From a virus: DNA of 64,000 nt. The DNA is taken from IMG/VR virus record IMGVR_UViG_3300005991_000001; one strand, given 5' to 3'. The notes beneath the pieces were generated by a model. It searched no databases. It was not told where the DNA came from and was given only the letters and a program-made list of their open reading frames with translations. Below are positions 17,718 through 23,749 of the stretch, piece by piece. Numbering within the stretch: the stretch's first letter is position 1; each line of letters begins with the position of its first letter. The translations under genes and the position numbers were made by a program.

Positions 17718-17888
17718 ATGCCAAACAAAAAATCAAAACACGGAGGCGATCGGATAGGTTCTGGTCGCAAACTTAAATACGAGAAAGGAGTTAAAACAAG
17801 ATCGATGCAAAGAATCGTACCTGATGACAAATACAATGAAATTTCAAATGAAGTAGATAAAACGATAGACCGCATTTGTGGTAAATAA
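17718..17888 (+). CDS. small basic protein, GRKP family copy 3
   Basis: Hand translation MPNKKSKHGGDRIGSGRKLKYEKGVKTRSMQRIVPDDKYNEISNEVDKTIDRICGK (56 aa). The minus-strand track ORF over it looks spurious. Confidence 0.45.
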   Translation: MPNKKSKHGGDRIGSGRKLKYEKGVKTRSMQRIVPDDKYNEISNEVDKTIDRICGK

Positions 17889-17907
17889 ACACTAAAAACA
17901 AAATGAA

Positions 17908-18180
17908 ATGACCACAATTCAGTACTTGAAACACCCGTTATATGGGAAATTAAAGCTTATCTCTAAGTTTTATACCAACGGAAATAGCGTTGCAAGAGTG
18001 GTTAAGCGCATAGTTGCAGCATCAGGAAATAGAAAATTAGATAAATCGGACACATTAAAATACAAGTATTTTGATTGTTGCTATACGGATGGTCATAAAA
18101 GGCGTGTTGTTGATGAAGACCACGCAGACTTTAAAGATATTATTAGTGAATCAAAAATAACGTTCACTAAAAGATTATGA
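17908..18180 (+). CDS. hypothetical early protein
   Basis: 90-aa track ORF. Confidence 0.55.
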   Translation: MTTIQYLKHPLYGKLKLISKFYTNGNSVARVVKRIVAASGNRKLDKSDTLKYKYFDCCYTDGHKRRVVDEDHADFKDIISESKITFTKRL

Positions 18181-18196
18181 AGCGTTGTAAAATAAT

Positions 18197-18288
18197 GTGT
18201 GCTTGTTAACCGTGGAGGTTGAAGCTTCTCTAACGCGCAGTAAGTTTTTGGGTTCGACTCCCATTTTAAAAAACGGCACACTTTTTTA
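18197..18288 (+). ncRNA. structured intergenic element with a T-loop-like hairpin and U-tract (candidate ncRNA)
   Basis: GTGTGCT (18197-18203) pairs with GGCACAC (18275-18281), followed by TTTTTT. Inside are hairpin TTAACC/GGTTGA (18206-18222) and GGG-TTCGACT-CCC (18250-18262). Does not fold as a tRNA. Confidence 0.3.
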
Positions 18289-18318
18289 TTTAACTCAATA
18301 AATTTAAAAATAAAACAA

Positions 18319-18513
18319 ATGGGATTTTTAACAAATTTAATATCAGCAACAGTAAAAACAGCACTTACCCCTATTGCTGTTGTAGCAGATGTGCTAGATG
18401 TAGCTGTTGGCGATGAGCCTAAAAACACAAAGAAACTTCTTGAAAGTGCCTCTAAAGATGCAAAAAGAGTTGGTGACACAATGATGGGGGAAAACAACGA
18501 TGGATTGTTTTGA
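18319..18513 (+). CDS. hypothetical small protein
   Basis: 64-aa track ORF. The overlapping minus-strand 134-aa ORF is judged spurious. Confidence 0.45.
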   Translation: MGFLTNLISATVKTALTPIAVVADVLDVAVGDEPKNTKKLLESASKDAKRVGDTMMGENNDGLF

Positions 18514-18557
18514 TTTCATTTAACATAAAATACTTATTTTTACAATAAAAAAACATT

Positions 18558-19025
18558 ATGAAAAAATCAGAAAAAGTAATACAAATAGCATTCAAAGAAG
18601 TTGGATATACTGAAAATCCAGCAAACTCAAATATAACCAAATACGGTGAATGGTTTGGATTTAATGGCGTTGCTTGGTGTGCGATGTTTGTGTCTTGGTG
18701 TTATGCACAAGCAGGGTGTAAATTACCGAATATCGGCTATTCAAAAGGAATGGCTGGGTGTCAAACTGCCGTGAAGTATTTCAAGGAAAACAATCAGATC
18801 GTTGAAATCCCCCAGGTTGGAGATATTATATTCTTTGACTGGAATGGTGACGGTCGTTATGATCATACCGAAATTTTCAACGGATTCACGTCCGCCAAAA
18901 AAACGCATATGTACACTATTGGAGGTAATACATCATTAACTAATCAGTCGAATGGTGGATCTGTAATGAACCGAAAAAGACCAGTTAAATGTTGCATTTT
19001 TGTTCATCCAAAAGTGCTTGATTAA
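18558..19025 (+). CDS. CHAP-domain peptidoglycan hydrolase (endolysin-like)
   Basis: NGVAWCAMFVSWCY (catalytic Cys context) and GDIIFFDWNGDGRYDHTEIF (His) match the CHAP Cys-His signature. Confidence 0.8.
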   Translation: MKKSEKVIQIAFKEVGYTENPANSNITKYGEWFGFNGVAWCAMFVSWCYAQAGCKLPNIGYSKGMAGCQTAVKYFKENNQIVEIPQVGDIIFFDWNGDGRYDHTEIFNGFTSAKKTHMYTIGGNTSLTNQSNGGSVMNRKRPVKCCIFVHPKVLD

Positions 19026-19071
19026 TAGTGAAATCAATTGTTTCAATACTATTTTATGCAAGAAAAATAAA

Positions 19072-19329
19072 TTAAAGTCGAGTTTCTTTAGACTTTTTTC
19101 TATTTAAGTTGATAATGTAGTGAACACAAATTAAAAAAGTAAGCCATGATGCAAAATTCCAAGTGCTACCTACTAATTTATCAATCCATATTTCTATTGG
19201 ATTTGTCGCTTTGTAATGCCATCCTTCAATAATTAAGAAAATTATAGTTTCTAAAATCCAAACTAATGTTCCGCTAATCCAAAATGATTTTGCAACTTTC
19301 CATAATGTTTTTAATTCTTTGTTTTTCAT
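19072..19329 (-). CDS. small membrane protein (holin-like candidate)
   Basis: 85 aa with two or three hydrophobic helices and a charged C-terminus (NRKKSKETRL). Convergent with the CHAP gene. Confidence 0.45.
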   Translation of the reverse strand: MKNKELKTLWKVAKSFWISGTLVWILETIIFLIIEGWHYKATNPIEIWIDKLVGSTWNFASWLTFLICVHYIINLNRKKSKETRL

Positions 19330-19359
19330 AATAAATCGATTAATTGTTGCCTACGTTTT

Positions 19360-19599
19360 TTAAGTATTATTTTTTTCTTCCAAATCAGTGATTATTTTAT
19401 CAATCAATATTTTCTCTTTCTTGAAATATTCGACAAGTTGAACCCGTTTTTTTGGTGTCAACTTATGCTTTTCTTTAAGAATCAATATTATATGGCACTT
19501 ACTTATTCCAATATCTTTTGAAGCACCAATTTTATTTATCGATCTTGAAAGATACCATTCACGTAGGTTTTCTAATAAAATCTTTTTAGCTATTGACAT
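19360..19599 (-). CDS. putative HTH DNA-binding protein
   Basis: 79 aa. INKIGASKDIGISKCHIILILKEKHK resembles an HTH. Confidence 0.5.
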   Translation of the reverse strand: MSIAKKILLENLREWYLSRSINKIGASKDIGISKCHIILILKEKHKLTPKKRVQLVEYFKKEKILIDKIITDLEEKNNT

Positions 19600-19665
19600 T
19601 TTGTTTAGTTTATTTAATAATTATTTTTGAACTGTTCGGGATTTCCGAATAGTTGCATTGGTATA

Positions 19666-19681
19666 GTTAATTGTTGAGTTA
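19666..19681 (-). promoter_or_regulatory. conserved intergenic motif, copy 1 (partial)
   Basis: Minus strand TAACTCAACAATTAAC, 66 nt upstream of the ATG at 19599. Confidence 0.45.
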
Positions 19682-19691
19682 TGTGTAAGTG

Positions 19692-19886
19692 CTACAACAC
19701 TACTACTAATTCAATTTTAGTATCTATTGGACAATCCTTATGCCTTTTGTCATTTGGCAACTGTTCCCAATTATCTAACTTAATATCTTTTCCAAGTTGT
19801 AATGCCAAGTTGCAACCATCCCTTCCATATTCGTTATCATTATTTGAAAACGGACAATCGGCACAATTTTTTATTTCTAAAATCAT
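19692..19886 (-). CDS. hypothetical Cys-rich protein
   Basis: 64 aa (CADCPF...GCN...KDCP). Preferred over the overlapping plus-strand ORF because it is co-directional with the operon. Confidence 0.45.
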   Translation of the reverse strand: MILEIKNCADCPFSNNDNEYGRDGCNLALQLGKDIKLDNWEQLPNDKRHKDCPIDTKIELVVVL

Positions 19887-20016
19887 TTTATTTGAATTTA
19901 AACATTTGTAATTCTATTGAATTTTTGTGATCGGCTCTAAAAAATTGATAGCACCAACACAATATTTATCGTAATACTCTTCTATTTCTTCGGTTAAATA
20001 TGACATAATTTTCATT

Positions 20017-20343
20017 TTATCTTTTGGTTAATAATTTAAAATTTATTTTATTTATTTCTTCTAAAATCAAAGCTTCAAAATTCTTTGAACAACCTAGTTT
20101 AAACAAGTCTATTCCGTCTGCACTTGTTATCTTATCAACTTGATGGTGATATTGAGCATCATCTTCGGGATCGGTCGCTATATCAAATATTTCAGTTGTG
20201 TATGGTAATTTAATTTCAATACATCCATCTTCATGCGTTAAAAGCAAAATAATACTTTCATCATCATGCGAAATTTCAATAGAATCAAAATTAATTTGAT
20301 GAACTTTCCCAGTTAATGCCGTGTATGCTTCGTTTAGATTCAT
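20017..20343 (-). CDS. hypothetical protein
   Basis: 108-aa track ORF. Start overlaps the upstream stop. Confidence 0.6.
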   Translation of the reverse strand: MNLNEAYTALTGKVHQINFDSIEISHDDESIILLLTHEDGCIEIKLPYTTEIFDIATDPEDDAQYHHQVDKITSADGIDLFKLGCSKNFEALILEEINKINFKLLTKR

Positions 20344-20594
20344 TGTTTAGCACTAAATTTATTATACTTTTTAATCAAAGAATCGTGCGCCAATCGCATT
20401 TCTTCAATTGATTTGCCTTTTAATTGTATTATTTCATCATAAAATTCAGATGCTTTTTTACTTGACTTGAAAAACAAAGGCATTTTTCGCATATTTTTTT
20501 TTCCTTTTCCAAATCTAAGAATTGGCATATAGTACTCTTTTTCAAAGTTTCCCGAAAATATAACGGTTTGCATTTTTACTGATGTTAGTTTCAT
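20340..20594 (-). CDS. hypothetical protein
   Basis: 84-aa track ORF in the minus-strand operon. Confidence 0.55.
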   Translation of the reverse strand: MKLTSVKMQTVIFSGNFEKEYYMPILRFGKGKKNMRKMPLFFKSSKKASEFYDEIIQLKGKSIEEMRLAHDSLIKKYNKFSAKQ

Positions 20595-20598
20595 AATT

Positions 20599-20820
20599 TC
20601 AATCGTTTTTAGTTCTAATACTCACCGCTTTCTCTCCTTGCGTTGCTTCAGTTGTTTTTTGGTAGCCACTAGGTTTTGGATCGGTTTCTTTATCTTTATC
20701 TTTATTAATATTGAGATTGATAAGCCCAACAGTTGCCAATAATATGAGCCAAACAATAACAAACGGAGGTAAATCATCCCATCGATTCATTGTTCTTTTT
20801 GAGTAATTTTCTTTTTTCAT
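20599..20820 (-). CDS. small membrane-anchored protein
   Basis: 73 aa with one hydrophobic helix (PPFVIVWLILLATVGLINL). Confidence 0.55.
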   Translation of the reverse strand: MKKENYSKRTMNRWDDLPPFVIVWLILLATVGLINLNINKDKDKETDPKPSGYQKTTEATQGEKAVSIRTKND

Positions 20821-20823
20821 AGT

Positions 20824-20875
20824 TTCGTATTTTGGATATTAGAAATTAACAGGAACATCGTCAATTGTTGAGTTA
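20824..20875 (-). promoter_or_regulatory. conserved bipartite intergenic module, copy 2
   Basis: Minus strand TAACTCAACAATTGACGATGT - 14 nt - AATATCCAAAATACGAA, ending 3 nt before the ATG at 20820. Confidence 0.5.
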
Positions 20876-20889
20876 TAGGCAAATAAAAA

Positions 20890-21024
20890 TTATTCGCCAC
20901 TCAATCCAAGTTCTTCTGCCTTATAACCTTTTTCTTCTAACCATTCTTTAAAGTCATACCACAAACCTTTTTCATTGGTGTAGTCCTCAATAATTTGTGC
21001 AATTTCTTGTGCTGTTAATTTCAT
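20890..21024 (-). CDS. small acidic hypothetical protein
   Basis: Track ORF 20890-21126 trimmed to MKLTAQEIAQIIEDY... (44 aa). The longer N-terminus runs through a structured GC-rich element. Confidence 0.4.
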   Translation of the reverse strand: MKLTAQEIAQIIEDYTNEKGLWYDFKEWLEEKGYKAEELGLSGE

Positions 21025-21052
21025 TTTAATAATTTTTATCAGCCTATAACAT

Positions 21053-21162
21053 ACGCTATACAAAAGTGGGGCTGTGTGCCAAATTTGTACAGTTGTGCAT
21101 CTAATTTGCTTTTGTGCGGTAAGCAAGGGTTGTGCATCTTTATCCCCACCTTCGTATAGCGT
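21053..21162. other. GC-enriched structured intergenic element
   Basis: ACGCTATAC (21053-21061) pairs with GTATAGCGT (21154-21162). GTGGGG (21066-21071) pairs with CCCCAC (21144-21149). Direct repeat GTTGTGCATCT at 21092 and 21129. Confidence 0.45.
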
Positions 21163-21192
21163 CAGCCGTTAGGTGCAATGCCAGCAGACCGC

Positions 21193-21885
21193 TTACCATA
21201 AACGAGCCTGACTGACAAATTCCTCATATCTTTTATTTTGTTTGTTAAAGTATTCCTCGTCAATTTCACAACCGACAAAGTGTAATTTTGCTTTATTGGC
21301 ACTTATTCGACTGCTTCCACTTCCTAAATGTGTATCAAGTATTTTTGAGTTTTCATCAGTAAACTTTGAATAAATCCAGTCGTATAATTCAATTGGCTTT
21401 TGCGTTGGGTGTATTTTAGAACCAGCACTTGTTTTGCCTTGTAAATTGCCATAGTATCTATAATCAAAGCACATAGCAGGTTTTTTAAATGAAGTCCAAG
21501 CCATTTCACCATCTGCAAAGTTTGGCACAGGGTTTTGCTTATACCAAAATAAAAAACATTGTGTAGGTGGTAAATCAAAGTAATTGCCACCCCAAATAAT
21601 TTGGTTTTGTGATACTCTAAAAAGTTCTGTAAAGTATTCAATTAATGGCACTGTGTTATCCCATTGCTTTTTTTCATTTTTAGTGTAGCGTTCTTTTACT
21701 TTTTGACCCATTCCACCCCTTTCATAATCACTAAAACCAATTCCATCCCCATAAGGTGGGTCTACCACAGCCAAATCAAAATATTTGTCAGGGTAATGTT
21801 TCATCAATTCGATGTTATCCATTAAATAAACCTCCGACACCAAAGGCACTGCACCTAACAAGGTATTGCCATTAAGCGACACCAT
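21193..21885 (-). CDS. DNA methyltransferase, N6-adenine/N4-cytosine type (N6_N4_Mtase family)
   Basis: VVDPPYG (motif IV, DPPY), HPTQKPIELYDWIY and DTHLGSGSS (AdoMet motif I), in the beta-class order. Confidence 0.85.
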   Translation of the reverse strand: MVSLNGNTLLGAVPLVSEVYLMDNIELMKHYPDKYFDLAVVDPPYGDGIGFSDYERGGMGQKVKERYTKNEKKQWDNTVPLIEYFTELFRVSQNQIIWGGNYFDLPPTQCFLFWYKQNPVPNFADGEMAWTSFKKPAMCFDYRYYGNLQGKTSAGSKIHPTQKPIELYDWIYSKFTDENSKILDTHLGSGSSRISANKAKLHFVGCEIDEEYFNKQNKRYEEFVSQARLW

Positions 21886-22114
21886 CGTATTGAAATTTTA
21901 TCATTTCATCATTGAAGCAGTATTGCCCCTTAATTATCTCTACATCTTCATACCTATAGGAATAATTCATTTCCTCTCTTTTAGTGCCTTTCATTTCTTG
22001 ATTTAGCTTAATCGCATTCAATCTAACTGTTACTCTTTTGTGGTGTAGAGATAATATACTTCCTCTTCCATCTGGAGTGAGAACTTCAACTCCTAAAATT
22101 TCTGGCTTATTCAT
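21872..22114 (-). CDS. hypothetical protein
   Basis: 80-aa track ORF overlapping the methyltransferase start. Confidence 0.5.
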   Translation of the reverse strand: MNKPEILGVEVLTPDGRGSILSLHHKRVTVRLNAIKLNQEMKGTKREEMNYSYRYEDVEIIKGQYCFNDEMIKFQYDGVA

Positions 22115-22200
22115 TTTGTTATTTATTTTAAATTGTTAATTAATCATTTTGAAAGAAGGGCAGCCGATAACACACGTTTTGCAAACCCATAATTTTTTCT

Positions 22201-22575
22201 CTAATCTATAAAGTAAATATACCCAATCAACCACGCTATTCCAACAATAATAGCTGATCCAGCCAAAATAAAAACCGCTTGGATTTTCTCTTTCAGCTTT
22301 TTAATTTTATGAATTTCTTCTACCTCGGTCATGATCTCTTTTTCTGAAAACATCAAAGGAAATTTGTTGCGATTTCTTGATAGTGGAATGATTTTAGGTA
22401 TTCCAGATTGTTCATAACAGATCACCCCGTCATGAGTTTTCAGTACATACATATCTGCATTACTAAAATAGTGATCTGTTCCAATGATCTTAAATAATCG
22501 ACCTAAATCGCCTTTAAATTTTAGGTGTATTTTTCCGTTTTTCAGATCGGAATTTTTTTGTAGTTTTCTTTTCAT
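22201..22575 (-). CDS. hypothetical protein with C-terminal transmembrane helix
   Basis: 124 aa, ending in AVFILAGSAIIVGIAWLIGYIYF. Confidence 0.6.
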   Translation of the reverse strand: MKRKLQKNSDLKNGKIHLKFKGDLGRLFKIIGTDHYFSNADMYVLKTHDGVICYEQSGIPKIIPLSRNRNKFPLMFSEKEIMTEVEEIHKIKKLKEKIQAVFILAGSAIIVGIAWLIGYIYFID

Positions 22576-22577
22576 TT

Positions 22578-22629
22578 TTCGTGTTTTAGGTATTAAAATA
22601 TTACGTAAACTTCGTCAATTATTGAGTTA
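22578..22629 (-). promoter_or_regulatory. conserved bipartite intergenic module, copy 3 (variant spacing)
   Basis: Minus strand TAACTCAATAATTGACGAAGT - 6 nt - AATATT - 9 nt - AAAACACGAA, ending 2 nt before the ATG at 22575. Confidence 0.5.
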
Positions 22630-22656
22630 TAAAACATTAAAACGATTTTATAACAT

Positions 22657-22768
22657 CAAATATAAGAAATGTGGCAGTTGGAATCGAACCAACCTTTTGA
22701 CCTCACACTGTGTCTGGCAGCACTGTACCAGAGAGGGAATCGAACCCATGCCACATTTCTTATATTTG
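22657..22768 (-). ncRNA. tRNA-like RNA with two T-arms and a 20-bp closing helix
   Basis: Perfect inverted repeat CAAATATAAGAAATGTGGCA (22657-22676) / TGCCACATTTCTTATATTTG (22749-22768). The minus strand carries GGG-TTCGATT-CCC and GTTGG-TTCGATT-CCAAC, the latter abutting an acceptor-like 7 bp. Confidence 0.45.
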
Positions 22769-22784
22769 CGTTTATAACCAATAG

Positions 22785-23066
22785 CTACGATTTAAAAATT
22801 TCTTCTAAGCATTTATTTTTAATCCTAAACTCATACCCGTTTTTACAAGGACAAAGTTTATTCCTTTTAACTTTTATTTCCTTAATAAATGTATCCACGT
22901 AACATTTTTTCATATTGCTTTTTGTATAAAAATCACGTTTATAAATATTGTAAGTTCCATATTCTTCACACCAAGTTTTTTCAATAGGAATAAACTTTGA
23001 TTCTATTAGTGTAAAAACTATTTGTGGATTCTCTAATTTATGTCTTAAAAATATTTCGTTTGTCAT
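22785..23066 (-). CDS. hypothetical protein, first gene of the leftward 23.1-19.1 kb block
   Basis: 93-aa track ORF. A minus-strand -7 box lies 34 nt upstream. Confidence 0.6.
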   Translation of the reverse strand: MTNEIFLRHKLENPQIVFTLIESKFIPIEKTWCEEYGTYNIYKRDFYTKSNMKKCYVDTFIKEIKVKRNKLCPCKNGYEFRIKNKCLEEIFKS

Positions 23067-23099
23067 TTTTATTTAGTTTTCTAATTAAATTCGTTTCCA

Positions 23100-23107
23100 C
23101 AAAAATA
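23100..23107 (-). promoter_or_regulatory. candidate -7 box (leftward)
   Basis: Minus strand TATTTTTG, part of a roughly 35-nt promoter segment duplicated in inverted orientation at 23341-23375. Confidence 0.45.
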
Positions 23108-23113
23108 AACATA

Positions 23114-23134
23114 ATAATTCAATTACGCATTATT
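23114..23134. repeat. left arm of 21-nt inverted repeat (operator candidate)
   Basis: ATAATTCAATTACGCATTATT. The reverse complement matches 23341-23361 at 20 of 21 positions. Confidence 0.6.
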
Positions 23135-23192
23135 ATTATCTAATTTATATTAATTCTAAATAACATAATTTGTGTTTATTAAATATATTACA

Positions 23193-23200
23193 CTATATTT
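23193..23200 (+). promoter_or_regulatory. candidate -7 box driving a short transcript
   Basis: TATATTTG, with TTTG at 23168-23171 as a possible -33 element. Confidence 0.4.
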
Positions 23201-23206
23201 GTCCTT

Positions 23207-23278
23207 TGTGTTTTCATTAGGTTAAATTAAATTTGTTTTAGGTGAAAGAGTGATTGTTTAGATGATCACTCTTTTTTT
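23207..23278 (+). ncRNA. small RNA candidate 1 (about 70 nt)
   Basis: No ORF between the -7 box and a strong intrinsic terminator: AGAGTGAT (23246-23253) / ATCACTCT (23264-23271) followed by TTTTTT. Confidence 0.35.
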
Positions 23279-23340
23279 GTGCTTAATAATTTCCTTGCTG
23301 TTATTTAGAACGATTCTAAATATTGATTATTTTTCATTAA

Positions 23341-23361
23341 AATAATGCGTAATTGGATTAT
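23341..23361. repeat. right arm of 21-nt inverted repeat (operator candidate)
   Basis: AATAATGCGTAATTGGATTAT, immediately upstream of the rightward -7 box. Confidence 0.6.
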
Positions 23362-23367
23362 TATATA

Positions 23368-23375
23368 TATTTTTG
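23368..23375 (+). promoter_or_regulatory. candidate -7 box (rightward 23.4-44.5 kb block)
   Basis: TATTTTTG, 29 nt upstream of the ATG at 23404. Confidence 0.45.
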
Positions 23376-23403
23376 CTCAAACAAATTAATTTAAAACGAA
23401 AAC

Positions 23404-23703
23404 ATGAAAAAAGTACCAAACAAATTAAGGGTAATCCATTATCCACAAATCCCATGCGAAGGCTTTTTTATCGATGTAAAAGACGAAGAAGAAGCAGCTA
23501 AGATTAGAAATGTTCTAGCTGATCAACATTTATTTCTTTTTGAAAATAATTTTATTCCTGATTATTCAAACATCATTCATATATTAATGTGGGATGAAAA
23601 TTCAGACGGTGATGGAAATCCTGATTGGGTTGACTATTACAACGAAGAAGAAGATATGGAGTTTGACGAATTTGAAGAAACATATTTAAAATCAAAAGAT
23701 TAA
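23404..23703 (+). CDS. highly acidic small protein (first gene of the operon)
   Basis: 99 aa. By my count about a quarter of residues are D/E, concentrated in the C-terminal half (DENSDGDGNPDWVDYYNEEEDMEFDEFEE). Confidence 0.6.
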   Translation: MKKVPNKLRVIHYPQIPCEGFFIDVKDEEEAAKIRNVLADQHLFLFENNFIPDYSNIIHILMWDENSDGDGNPDWVDYYNEEEDMEFDEFEETYLKSKD

Positions 23704-23749
23704 CCAACCAAGGGATGCGACTTGGTAACGCATATTAATAATTTAAATA

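Noticed and set aside
18093-18497. 134-aa minus-strand ORF
   Set aside because: It is antisense to the early plus-strand operon and overlaps two plus-strand genes and the structured intergenic element. It has a Ser/Thr/Phe-rich shadow composition.
22484-22902. Track ORFs 22484-22777 (+) and 22669-22902 (+)
   Set aside because: They are antisense to the local operon and run straight through the 20-bp inverted repeat and T-loop sequences. Their composition is unlike neighbouring proteins.
23261-23344. 27-aa hydrophobic mini-ORF (MITLFLCLIISLLLFRTILNIDYFSLK) as a type I toxin paired with sRNA candidate 1
   Set aside because: Its ATG lies at the loop/3'-arm junction of the terminator hairpin, so it would not be transcribed from the upstream box. 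Short hydrophobic ORFs arise easily in T-rich sequence.
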